Source: Mobula hypostoma
Lineage: Eukaryota
Reading direction: 5' to 3'
Length of the DNA stretch: 64,000 nt
Assembly: GCF_963921235.1 (NCBI RefSeq)
Contig: NC_086107.1
Coordinates: forward strand, 113,462,001-113,526,000
Made by a program: the position numbers and the translations under genes. Shown here one piece after another: positions 11,469-23,600 of the stretch. Within the stretch, counting starts at the first letter, position 1, and each line of letters begins with the position of its first letter. The notes beneath the pieces are model-generated. The model saw nothing but the letters and a program-made list of their open reading frames with translations. It was not told where the DNA came from and made no database searches.

Positions 11469-12049
11469 AGTCATAGTCATAGTCATACTTTATTGATCCC
11501 GAGGGAAATTGATTTTCGTTACAGTTGCACCAACCAAGAATAGAGTATAGATATAGCAATATAAAACCATAAATAATTAAATAATGTTATGTAAATTATG
11601 TCAGGAAATAAGTCCAGGACCAGCCTATTGGCTCAGGGTATCTGACCCTCCAAGGGAGGAGTTGTAAAGTTTGATGGCCACAGGCAGGAATGACTTCCTA
11701 TGACGCTCTGTGTTGCATCTCGGTGGAATGAGTCTCTGGCTGAATGTACTCCTGTGCCCAATCAATACATTATGTAGTGGATGGGAGACATTGTCCAAGA
11801 TGGCATGCAACTTGGACAGCATCCTCTTTTCAGACACCACCATCAGAGAGTCCAGTTCCATCCCCACAACATCACTGGCCTTACGAATGAGTTTGTTCAT
11901 TCTGTTGGTGTCTGCTACCCTCAGCCTGCTGCCCCAGCACACAACAGCAAACATGATCGCACTGGCCACCACAGACTCGTAGAACATCCTCAGCATCATC
12001 CAACAGATGTTAAAGGACCTCAGTCTCCTCAGGAAATAGAGACGGCTCT
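11469..12049 (-). mobile_element. Rex1/Babar-type LINE 3' fragment nested in hAT transposase
   Basis: Intact frame QSRLYFLRRLRSFNIC..FYESVVASAIMFAVVCWG..HPLH..RKSFLPVAIKLYN, with a (TATGAC)n tail at 11469-11486. Confidence 0.88.
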
Positions 12050-12258
12050 GTCCCAGAACAACAAAATTCACACAGTTGGTGAGAACCTAATAACACTAGC
12101 AGGTAAAATTATAGTGGGTAAAATACTAGGACAAGATGCAGTACGTGAAATTGAAAAGCTTTCGCTCTCAAACAGTATGATAAGTCGACGTTTTGATGAT
12201 ATGTCACATGATGCTGAAGAGGTTTTGTGTGATAAACTGGAAAACAACATCTTTCCAA

Positions 12259-14610
12259 CCAACATACATCAAAGTTGCTGGCGAACGCAGCAGGCCAAGC
12301 AGCATCTATAGGAAGAGGTACAGTCGACGTTTCAGGCCGAGACCCTTCGTCAGGACTAACTGAAGGAAGAGTGAGTAAGGGATTTGAAAGCTGGAGGGGG
12401 AGGGGGAGATGCAAAATGATAGGAGAAGACAGGAGGGGGAGGGATAGAGCCGAGAGCTGGACAGGTGATAGGCAAAAGGGGATACGAGAGGATCATGGGA
12501 CAGGAGGTCCGGGAAGAAAGACAAGGGGGGGGGGTGGTGACCCAGAGGATGGGCAAGAGGTATATTCAGAGGGACAGAGGGAGAAAAAGGAGAGTGAGAG
12601 AAAGAATGTGTGCATAAAAATGAGTAACAGATGGGGTACGAGGGGGAGGTGGGGCCTTAGCGGAAGTTAGAGAAGTCGATGTTCATGCCATCAGGTTGGA
12701 GGCTACCCAGACGGAATATAAGGTGTTGTTCCTCCAACCTGAGTGTGGCTTCATCTTTACAGTAGAGGAGGCCGTGGATAGACATGTCAGAATGGGAATG
12801 GGATGTGGAATTAAAATGTGTGGCCACTGGGAGATCCTGCTTTCTCTGGCGGACAGAGCGTAGATGTTCAGCAAAGCGGTCTCCCAGTCTGCGTCGGGTC
12901 TCACCAATATATAAAAGGCCACATCGGGAGCACCGGACGCAGTATATCACCCCAGTCGACTCACAGGTGAAGTGATGCCTCACCTGGAAGGACTGTTTGG
13001 GGCCCTGAATGGTGGTAAGGGAGGAAGTGTAAGGGCATGTGTAGCACTTGTTCCGCTTACACGGATAAGTGCCAGGAGGGAGATCAGTGGGGAGGGATGG
13101 GGGGGACGAATGGACAAGGGAGTTGTGTAGGGAGCGATCCCTGCGGAATGCAGGGGGGGGAGGGAAAGATGTGCTTAGTGGTGGGATCCCGTTGGAGGTG
13201 GCGGAAGTTACGGAGAGTAATATGTTGGACCCGGAGGCTGGTGGGGTGGTAGGTGAGGACCAGGGGAACCCTATTCCTAGTGGGGTGGTGGGAGGATGGA
13301 GTGAGAGCAGATGTACGTGAAATGGGGGAGATGCGTTTAAGAGCAGAGTTGATAGTGGAGGAAGGGAAGCCCCTTTCTTTAAAAAATAAAGACATCTCCC
13401 TCGTCCTAGAATGAAAAGCCTCATCCTGAGAGCAGATGCGGCGGAGACGGAGGAATTGCGAGAAGGGGATGGCGTTTTTGCAAGAGACAGGGTGAGAAGA
13501 GGAATAGTCCAGATAGTTGTGAGAGTCAGTAGGCTTATAGTAAACATCAGTGGATAAGCTGTCTCCAGAGACAGAGACAGAAAGATCTAGAAAGGGGAGG
13601 GAGGTGTCGGAAATGGACCAGGTAAACTTGAGGGCAGGGTGAAAGTTGGAGGCAAAGTTAATAAAGTCAACGAGTTCTGCATGCGTGCAGGAAGCAGCGC
13701 CAATGCAGTCGTCGATGTAGCGAAGGAAAAGTCGGGGACAGATACCAGAATAGGCACGGAACATAGATTGTTCCACAAACCCAACAAAAAGGCAGGCATA
13801 GCTAGGACCCATACGGGTGCCCATAGCTACACCTTTAGTTTGGAGGAAATGGGAGGAGCAAAAGGAGAAATGATTAAGAGTAAGGACTAATTCCGCTAGA
13901 CGGAGCAGAGTGGTGGTAGAGGGGAACTGATTAGGTCTGGAATCCAAAAAGGAGCGTAGAGCTTTGAGACCTTCCTGATGGGGGATGGAAGTATATAAGG
14001 ACTGGGCATCCATGGTGAAAATAAAGCGGTGGGGGCCAGGGAACTTAAAATCATCGAAAAGTTTAAGAGCGTGAGAAGTGTCACGAACATAGGTCGGAAG
14101 GGATTGAACAAGGGGTGATAAAACAGTGTCGAGGTATGCAGAAACGAGTTCGGTGGGGCAGGAGCAAGCTGAGACAATAGGTCGGCCAGGACAGGCAGGT
14201 TTGTGGATCTTGGGAAGGAGGTAGAAACAGGAAGTGCGGGGTGTGGGAACTATAAGGTTGGTAGCAGTGGATGGGAGATCCCCTGAGCGGATAAAGCCAG
14301 TGATAGTGTGGGAGACAATGGCCTGGTGCTCCTTAGTGGGGTCACGATCGAGGGGTAAATAAGAGGAGGTATCTGCGAGTTGTCGCTGTGCCTCGGCAAG
14401 GTAGAGGTCAGTACGCCAGACTACAACAGCACCCCCCTTATCAGCGGGTTTAATAATAAGGTTAGGATTAGTGCGGAGGGAGTGGAGAGCAGAGCGTTCC
14501 GAAGGAGTGAGGTTGGAATGGGGACAAGGTGCGGTGAAGTCGAGACGGTTGATGTCCCGTTGGCAGTTGGCAATAAAGAGATCCAGAGCAGGCAGAAGAC
14601 CAGAGCGGGG
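12259..14610 (-). mobile_element. Penelope-like retroelement (RT + GIY-YIG endonuclease), 5'-truncated, frameshift near 13150-13165
   Basis: RT motifs MDAQSLYTSI, GVAMGTRMGPSYA and RYIDD, GIY-YIG region VIYCVRCSRCGLLYIGETRRRLGDRFAEH, and a 3' UTR with hammerhead motif. Confidence 0.95.
12322..12357 (-). ncRNA. Minimal hammerhead ribozyme motif in Penelope 3' terminal repeat
   Basis: AGTC CTGACGA AGGGTCTCGGCCT GAAACGTC GACT on the minus strand; stem II closes with AGG/CCT. Confidence 0.8.
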
Positions 14611-14909
14611 ATCTTCTCCATCCAGGTTGATGAGTCAACAGATTTCTCCAGTAAATGTCATGTTGTAACATTTGTAAGATTTGTAACTGATGGTGAAATT
14701 CAAAGAAAGCTTTTTTTTCTGTTGCAGAGAGCTGCCTGAAACAAGCAAAGGCTGAGATATATTTAATGTTTTCTCTTCATATCTGGAAGCAAAAGGTCTG
14801 TCTTGGAGGAACTGTGTTGGCATGTGTACTGATGGCGCCCCGTCAATGGTTGGCTCCACGAGAGGTTTTATTCCTCTTGTAAAAAAAAGAAAACCCTGAT
14901 GTTGTCACA

Positions 14910-15030
14910 ACACACATCAAAGTTGCTGGTGAACGCAGCAGGCCAGGCAGCATCTCTAGGAAGAGGTACCGTCGACGTTTCGGGCCGAGACCCTTCGTCA
15001 GGACCAACTGAAGGAAGAGCTAGTAACAGA
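14910..15030 (-). mobile_element. Short Penelope 3'-end insertion with hammerhead motif (14970-15005), splitting the hAT TH|CFL motif
   Basis: Same sequence as 3208-3312. The transposase reads VVTTH before it and CFLYRE after it. Confidence 0.85.
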
Positions 15031-15532
15031 CTGCTTCCTTTACAGAGAGGTGCTGATGTGTAAAACTCTTGGAGATGAAATAAAAAAAGTTCTGGATGAT
15101 GCTACAAAAATGTTTAACTTTATTAAACAAAGACCAGTTCACTCAGAACTACTGTGAAAACCTGGACAAAGAGCACACCAATCTCGTGCTACATACAGAA
15201 ATCCAGCAGCTTAGCAGAGGAAGAATTCTCAACAGGGTGTTTAAGCTGAAAGGTAAATTGCAGGGGTACTTGCAAGAAAATAGCAGGCCAGATTTTGCTG
15301 AGTGCTTTGAAGGTGACAAATGGCTGCAGAAACTAGCCTACTTGACAGACAGTTTTCATCATATGAACCAGTTGAACAAGTCTCTGCAAGACCCCAGAGA
15401 AAATGCTTTGACTTCAAGTGACAAGATTCTTGGATTTAAAAGGAAACTGAATCTTTGGAAAAATCACGTTGCAAAAGGAAATCCGGAGATGTTTCTGCTG
15501 TTGTTTGGGCTTGAGAGTGAGGAAATTTATCA

Positions 15533-15723
15533 ATGTTGTATCTATATCTATATCAGGTTCTATCTTGTCGTTTAAGTTAAATTGGATAGATATATGGACA
15601 GGAAAGGAATGGAGGGTTATGGGCTGAGTCCAGGTCTCAGTGGGAATAGGATAGGGTAAGAGTTTGGCATGGACTAGAAGGGCCAAGATGGCCTGTTTCT
15701 GTGCTGTAATTGTTATATGGTTA
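15533..15723 (+). mobile_element. CR1 3' terminal fragment nested in hAT transposase
   Basis: FKLNWIDIW-like end, GAAGGGCCAAGATGGCCTG 3' UTR and TTATATGG tail. Same family as 29720-29990. Confidence 0.75.
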
Positions 15724-16637
15724 TATCAGAAAGTCTCGAGTCTTATTGAAAACAAAATTGAACAATATTTTCCTCCCTTTCAACACAAATGTATGACTGG
15801 GTGAGGAACGCTTTCTCTGAATCTTCTGCCCTGCTGGAGAACTTGACTTTGAGATAAGAGGAAGAACTTTGTGAGCTGCAGTCCGATCCTGTGCTCAAGA
15901 TGAGATTTAATGACCTGCCCCCGGACAAGTTCCGGGTTTTTGTGAAACAAGAGTATCCTGTCATTCACAGGAAAACAATGAACATTTTGCTGCAGTTTTC
16001 AACTTCTTATATGTGTGAGCAAGCTTTTCTTGTTTAACAAGCGTCAAGAGTAAGGCTAGAAATAGCCTCATTTCAGCTGAAGGTGAAATCCGTGTGCACT
16101 TACCTCAAGTTTGACTCAGAATTGAGTATCGGTGCAGCAAAAAACAAGCAAAGGTTTCACATGCTAGGCCTATATTTGAGCCTGATCATGTCACTTAGTA
16201 AGAAAATCTTTTTTCAAAGTCTTGTATAAAATTGTGTCTTAGGTTATATTTTTATTCATATTGCTTTGGCCTGTGGTTTTTAGAAACTTTACTATTTAAC
16301 ATCAACAATTAATCTTCACATTGTAAATAACATTAATTAAAATCAATTTACATTAAATCTGCTGAGCCCACCTTTAGAAAAAATAAATCCCATTTTGGCT
16401 TAACCCAGTTATTTAACAGAAATTTATTATGTTTGCCTTATGAGTTTATAAAGTTTATGAAAGGGAAAGAAAGTGATTAATTTTAAGAAAGGTAAGCTAA
16501 GCTTAACTACCTTTTATTTTCAATGAAGATTGGCTAAAAATTCATACTCTACTCAAAAGAGCATTGACAATTATTGTTGGATTATTATATCTACAGCTTA
16601 TAGATCATGCTAAAGTACTGTGTGCTGTAGATATAAT

Positions 16638-17860
16638 ATCAGACAGTTGTAAATCAAGGCAGCTGGACTTGCTGTGCTGTCTAGAAGACGTTTCGCCACC
16701 CATCCGAGAGGCCTCTTCTGTTCTGATACATGGTGGGTAGTCTTCCGGCTTATAAACTCTGAGTTGTTTAAAGGTACAGCCATCACATGAGGGTCATTAA
16801 GAGTCACAGAGGCATAAGAGGGAGGGAGGAGAAGATGGTGGCGCGATGCAGCGCGCGCGGCCGTTCTGAATGATATCGTGTGTGTTAACTAGGGGGCCGT
16901 GCACAATCCTGATTTGATGGAGACAGCCGTGAGAAGCATGGAGGAACACCTGGAGAAACTTCTGAAATGCCCGCTTCGCTGCTGCTGCTACTGTGCGATC
17001 GAGAATCTCTGGAGGGGAAGGCCCTAAATCCTCGGCTTTGCCTATTGCCTGTTGCCAGGGCCGTGGTCGAAACGCCCAGCAGAGATGGTGCTTGATGCTC
17101 GGTGTCGGAGAGCTGGTCGGAGGCTCAGAGTTTTTCGGACAGACTCGGAGTCGGACTGTGGTCAGATGCTTCCAGGATGCTGCATCGGCAAGTTGGCGGC
17201 GCTGGAGGTTCACCGTCTGCGTGAGATGATGGGACTTTTGAGAGACTTTGAGACTTTTACTGTGCCATGGTCTGTTCTTATCAAATTACGGTATTGCTTT
17301 GCACTGTTGTAACTATATGTTATAATTATGTGGTTTTTGTTAGTTTTTAAGTCAGTTTGTTATGTGTTTCCGTGATATCATTCTGGAAAAACATTGTATC
17401 ATTTCTTAATGCATGCACTACTAAATGACAATAAAAGAGGACTGCGTGTCCTCATACTCTAATCTAATCTAATCAGTTTTATCTTTGCATGAATGGCGGT
17501 GTGACAAGTCGAGGAAACGCCGGGGTGGAGATGTTAGGACTGCATTGTACGTAGCTGACAGGAGGTGTCGTATCCCATCCCCTCTGTTCAGGGATGCGTT
17601 TTCCAGTTTGACCAAGATGGCTTCTTTAACCCGTCTTTCCAATTGCCTGCCCTCCCTGTCCAAAATGTGCACATTGTTATCATCAAAGGAGTGTCCCTTG
17701 TCCTTTAGGAGTAGAGTCTTGATCTGAGGTATTAGCCCTATGTTGGGCCATCCGTTTGTGAAATGATTGTTTTGTCTCACCGATATAAAGATCTGCACAG
17801 TTCTCATTGCATTGGATAGCACATACAATATTGCTCTGTTTAAGTTTTGGTGTAGTATCT
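16638..17860 (-). mobile_element. Second Penelope-like family, GIY-YIG/3' fragment split by a SINE-like insertion
   Basis: NIVCAIQCNENCADLYIGETKQ..RMAQH and HSFDDNNVHILDRE..ERRVKEAI..SLNR, plus a degenerate hammerhead motif at 16683-16724. Confidence 0.8.
16818..17474 (+). mobile_element. Non-autonomous retroelement with CpG-rich head and (CTAAT)n tail
   Basis: Begins GAGAAGATGGTGGCGCG and ends AATAAAAGAGGACTGCGTGTCCTCAT..(CTAAT)3. The same 3' end occurs inverted at ~32592-32672. Confidence 0.65.
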
Positions 17861-17995
17861 TTAGATTTACTACTGCTTGATATACAATAACCTGGATGAC
17901 TGAGCACCTTCATAGACATGTAGATACAATAATTTTTACGCAAATTGAAAACTATTTCAAGAGCAAAAAGGGTTGAAAAAGGTTGAAAGAGGCTG

Positions 17996-18275
17996 CTCTA
18001 GCGTTTACGGAGAATGGTGTGATAAACGAGAAAAATAATCCGGTGAGCAACAGTCTGGGCAAAAACCCCTTGCTAATGAGAGAGGTCAGAGGAGAACGGT
18101 CAGACTGGTTCAAGCTGACAGGAAGGCAACAGTAACTCAAATAACCGCACGTTACAACAGTGGTGTGCAGAAGAGCATCTCTGAACACACATCACGTCGA
18201 ACCTTGAAGAGGACGGACTACAGCAGCAGAAGACCACGAACATACACTCAGTGGCCACTTTATTAGGTCCAGGAG
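17996..18275 (+). mobile_element. Tc1-like element, right half
   Basis: Continues the Tc1 HTH region: ERGQRRTVRLVQADRKATVTQITARYNSGVQKSISEHTSRRTLKR..YSSRRP. Confidence 0.8.
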
Positions 18276-20676
18276 GCTGCAAATAGTGGCCTCTGAGGGC
18301 AGATGATGTGGAATTTGCGGCAGCGGTACAGTGCAAGAATACAACATTAATGTAGATTTCACAAATAAATAAATAATGCAGAAAACAATAACTAGGTAGT
18401 GTTCACGGGTTCACGGACCATTCAGAAACCTGATGGCGGAGGGGAAGAAGCTGTTTCTGAATTATTGAGTGTGGGTATTCAGGTCCCTGATGGTAGCAAT
18501 GACATTTATATTATGTAACAAAATTTATTTGGAATTTGCGTACAAATTTTCTTAAATTTGATGGTATTTTCTTTATTTTCCTGTAAATGCCTGCCAGAAA
18601 TTGAATCTCAAGGCAGGACTATATATGGTAACATAGACACACCCCTTGATAATAACTTTACTTTGAACTTTGAAAAGAGGGCATGACCCATATGGTGAGG
18701 TCCTTAGTGATGGGTGCCGTGCTCTTGAGTCACCACCCCCTGAAGACGTTCTTGATGGCAGGGATGGATGGGAGCTGGGAGAGTCTACAACCCTCTGCCA
18801 TCTCTTACGATCCCTCTTCCCCGTTCCATGCATGGCAGCCTCCAGACCAGGGGGTGGTGCAGACCCTCCGATCTATCGCAGCTGGTATCAGAGGGTGGGG
18901 ACGATCTAATTTACAGTGGCATACAATGCTTTACAGAGCCAGTGACCCGGGTTCGATTCCGACCACTGCCTAAATAAAAACGCCTAAATAAATGAACGCG
19001 CTTCGCCCTTTAGCTGTGGAGCAAAAGACTGAAAAGGTCGTGAAAGTCAGAATCATTTCTATTTTTTTCTTTACACAGATCTACTGAATATAAAAGCAAG
19101 GAAGTGAAGTTAGAGCTGTGGCAGATGGTGGTTGAGCCACAGAGAGAACATCACACGCCACTCTGAAAATCAGGGCTTTTCCCCCACGGGAAATAAAAGG
19201 TTAAATGAATCGTATTAGACTTTCGAAAGAGTTTTAGATGGTAAACAGTTACACCCATCGAAGATCGAGACAAGGAGGGGAATTAGCAGCAGGCCAGTGA
19301 AGGGTTCAGCTTGTTTCTGCCCAGACAGCAATCAGAAGATGCCATTACAAAGAAGGCAGGACAGTGGCTATACTTCATTAGGAGTTTGAGGAGATTTGGT
19401 TTGTCACCAAAAGGCACTTGCAAATTTCTACAGGTGTACCCTTGAGAGCTTTCTAATTGTTTTCATCGCCGTCTGGTACGGAGGGGCCACTAGGCAGGAT
19501 CAGAAAAAGCAGCAGGAAGTTGTAAGCTCAGCCAACGTTGAAGACACCATCGAAAGGTGACGCCTCAGAAAGATGGCATCCATCACATGCCCTCTTCCCA
19601 GTGCTGCCATCTCTTTCTGCACCACTTATATATATACTTATTGCAGTTTATCATTTTTAATTATTTTGTATTGCATTGTACTGTTGCCATAAGCAACAAA
19701 TTTCATGACATGCCGGTGACGTTAAACCTGATTATGATTCTGAAAATTTCTCAGTGGAAAGCAAGGCCTGCGAGTGTTGGAATATTCGATGCTTTCTCTA
19801 CCTTCCCACCCCACTTTCCACTGGAATCTGTGGATTGGGAAAAGAAGGAATCCAGGCCTGTTCATAGCTGCTGCCCATTTAGTCTTAATCCTGGTAACTA
19901 CAGTACTGTGCAAAAGTCTTAGCCACCTGTAAAGCTAGGGTACCTACGGCTTTTGTACTGTAGTAATTTTATGTATTACACTGTACTGCTGCAAACAAAA
20001 CAAATTTCAAGACATATGTGAGTGATGATAAACCTGATTCTGATATGGGTCTCTATTGTGGGACTGAGGGTGGGAAGGAGGTGGGGGAGGGGAATCATGG
20101 TTAAGGAAAAGGGGAGAGAGCGGGAAGCAGCAGAGAGACATTCTGTAATGATCAATAAACCAATTGTTTGGAATCAAATGACCTTGGCTGGTGTCTCAGG
20201 GCTGAGTGTGACTGCACCCATGCCACCCAATGTCCCTGGCACTCCTTCTCTGCCACCTGTCCCACACCCCTCCCCTGGCACTCCACCCTTGCTATTCTCA
20301 ACATCCTTTGCTACTGCCAGATTTACAAACTTCACGTTGACAAATACAGTACTGTGCAAAAGTCTGAGGCAGCCAAGCCATATATATGTTCTGCAGACCT
20401 TTGCAAGGCACTAAATCTGCAGGACCACGAGCAGATTTGGGCCCTTTATCAATGGAGAGGATCCAGGGGAGATTCCTGAGAATGACTCCAGCAATGAAAG
20501 GGTGCCAACCGCCGTAACCAAGACGGAGAAGAAGAAAGAGAAGAAGAATGAGAGGATTAACACATGAGGAGCATTTGATGGTTCTGGGCCTGTACTCACT
20601 GAAGTTTAGAATAATGGTGGGGGGGGGTGGGGGGGGGAAAAGTCTCACTGAAACCTGTCGAATATTGAAGGACCTA

Positions 20677-23600
20677 CATAGAGTGGGTGTGGAGAGGATG
20701 TTCCCTACAGTGACGGGAGTCTAGGACCAGAGGACACAGATAGAGTGGGTGTGGACAGGATGTTTCCTATAGTGGTGGGAGTCTAGAACCAGAGGGTACA
20801 GATGGAGTGGATGTGGAGAAGATGTTCCCTACAGTGGTGGGAGTCTAGGACCAGAGGGCACAGATAGAGTGCATGTGGAGAGGATGTTTCCTATAGTGGG
20901 GGAGTCTAGGACCAGAGGACACAGATAGAGTGGGTGTGGAGAGGATGTTTCCTGTAGTGGGGGTGTCTAGGACCAGAGGGCACAGACGGAATGGATGTGG
21001 AGAGGATGTTTCCTATAGTGGGGGAGTCTAGGACCAGAGGACACAGATAGAGTGGATGTGGAGAGGATGTTTCCTATAGTGGGGGGAGTTTAGGACCAGA
21101 GGGCACAGATAGAGTGGATGTGGAGAGGATGTTTCCTATAGTGGGGGAGTCTAGGACCAGAGGACACAGATAGAGTGGATGTGGAGAGGATGTTTCCTAT
21201 AGTGGGGATGTCTAGGACCAGAGGGCACAGATAGAGTGGATGTGGAGAGGATGTTTCCTATAGTGGGGGTGTCTAGGACCAGAGGGCACAGATAGAGTGG
21301 ATGTGGAGAGGACGTTTCCTCTGGTGGGGGAGTCTAGGACCAGAGGACACAGATAGAGTGGATGTGGAGAGGATGTTTCCTGTAGTTGGGGAGTCTAGGA
21401 CCGGAGGGCACAGATAGAGTGGATGCGGAGAGGATGTTTCCCATTGTGGGGGGATTCTAGGACCAGAGGGTACCGATAGAGTGGATGTGGAGAGGATGTT
21501 TCCTATACAGGGGAGTCTAGGACCAGAGGACACAGATAGAGTGGATGTGGAGAGGATGTTTCCTATAGTGGGGTAGTCTAGGACCAGAAGGTACCGATAG
21601 AGTGGATGTGGAGAGGATGTTTCCTATAATGGGGAGTCTAGGACCAGAGGACACAGATAGAGTGGATGTAGAGAGGATGTTTCCTATAGTGGGGGGAGTC
21701 TAGGACCAGAGGGTACAGATAGAGTGGATGTGGAGAGGATGTTTCCTATAGTGGGGGACTCTAGGACCAGAGGGCACAGATAGAGTGGATGTGGAGAGGA
21801 TGTTTCCTGTAGTTGGGGAGTCTAGGACTGGAGGGCACAGATAGAGTGGATGCGGAGAGGATGTTTCCCATTGTGGGGGGATTCTAGGACCAGAGGGTAC
21901 CGATAGAGTGGATGTGGAGAGGATGTTTCCTATACAGGGGAGTCTAGGACCAGAGGACACAGATAGAGTGGATGTGGAGAGCATGTTTCCTATAGTGGGG
22001 GAGTCTAGGACCAGAAGGTACCGATAGAGTGGATGTGGAGAGGATGTTTCCTATAATGGGGAGTCTAGGACCAGAGGACACAGATAGAGTGGATGTAGAG
22101 AGGATGTTTCCTATAGTGGGGGGAGTCTAGGACCAGAGGGTACAGATAGAGTGGATGTGGAGAGGATGTTTCCTCTGGTGGGGGAGTCTAGGACCAGAGG
22201 ACGCAGATATGAGTGGATGTGGAGAGGATGTTTCCTATAGTGGGGGGAGTCTAGGACCAGAGGACACAGATAGAGTGGATGTGGAGAGGATGTTTCCTGT
22301 AGTGGGGGAGTCTAGGACCAGTGGGCACAGGTAGAGTGGATGTGGAGAGGATGTTTCCTATAGTGGGGGAGTCTAGGACCAGAGGACACAGATAGAGTGG
22401 ATGTGGAGAGGATGTTTCCTGTAGTGGGGGAGTCTGGGACCAGTGGGCAAAGATAGAGTGGATGTGGAGAGGATGTTTCCTATAGTAGGGGAGTCTAGGA
22501 CCAGAGGACACAGATAGAGTGGATGTGGAGAGGATGTTTTCTATAGTGGGGGAGTCTAGGACCAGAGGGCACAGATAGAGTGGGTGTGGAGAGGATGTTT
22601 CCTGTAGTGGGGGTGTCTAGGACCAGAGGGCACAGATAGAGTGGATGTGGAGAGGATGTTTCCTGTAGTGGGGGGAGTCTAGGACCGGAGGGCACAGATA
22701 GAGTGGATGCGGAGAGGATGTTTCCCATAGTGGGGGGATTCTAGGATCAGAGGGTACCGATAGAGTGGATGTGGAGAGGATGTTTCCTATACAGGGGAGT
22801 CTAGGACCAGAGGACACAGATAGAGTGGATGTGGAGAGGATGTTTCCTATACTGGGGGAGTCTAGGACCAGAGGACACAGATAGAGTGGATGTAGAGAGG
22901 ATGTTTCCTATAGTGGGGGGAGTCTAGGACCAGAGGGTACAGATAGAGTGGATGTGGAGAGGATGTTTCCTCTGGTGGGGGAGTCTAGGACCAGAGGACA
23001 CAGATATGAGTGGATGTGGAGAGGATGTTTCCTATACTGGGGGGAGTCTAGGACCAGAGGACACAGATAGAGTGGATGTGGAGAGGATGTTTCCTGTAGT
23101 GGGGGAGTCTAGAACCAGTGGGCACAGGTAGAGTGGATGTGGAGAGGATGTTTTCTATAGTGGGGGAGTCTAGGACCAGAGGACACAGATAGAGTGGATA
23201 TGGAGAGGATGTTTCCTGTCGTGGGGGAGTCTAGGACCAGAGGGGACAGATAGAGTGGGTGTGGAGAGGACGTTTCCTATAGTGGGGGAGTCTAGGACCA
23301 GAGGACACAGATAGAGTGGATGTGGAGAGGATGTTTCCTGTAGTAGGGGATTCTAGGACCAGTGGGCACAGATAGAGTGGATGTGGAGAGGATGTTTCCT
23401 ATAGTGGGGGAGTCTAGGCCAGAAGGTACCGATAGAGTGGATGTGGAGAGGTTGTTTCCTATAATGGGGAGTCTAGGACCAGAGGACACAGATAGAGTGG
23501 ATGTAGAGAGGATGTTTCCTATAGTGGGGGGAGTCTAGGACCAGAGGACACAGATAGAGTTGATGTGGAGAGGATGTTTCCTGTAGTGGGGAGTCTAGGA

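Larger units (their letters stand above)
10745..17995 (+). mobile_element. Decayed hAT (Buster/Charlie; ZBED5/SCAND3/FAM200-like) DNA transposon with multiple nested insertions
   Basis: Collinear transposase pieces: BED finger CLVC..KLKGHL..NH (11255-11468), HTVGENLI..LSNSMISRR (12050-12255), FSIQVDESTD..CTDGAPSM (14611-14910), WLQKLAYLTD..KLNLW (15030-15532), FSTSYMCEQAF (~15995-16030). Imperfect TIRs CAGCTGGGTTTCTCAACC / GGTTGAAAGAGGCTG. Many stops and frameshifts. Confidence 0.85.

Noticed and set aside
13084..14013. Retron, group II intron or DGR reverse transcriptase system
   Set aside because: The RT is fused to a GIY-YIG domain with a hammerhead-bearing terminal repeat, i.e. a Penelope-like element.
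11200..16170. Domesticated ZBED5/SCAND3/FAM200-like host gene
   Set aside because: Stops, frameshifts, CxxH changed to CxxY, nested insertions and residual TIRs indicate a dead transposon.
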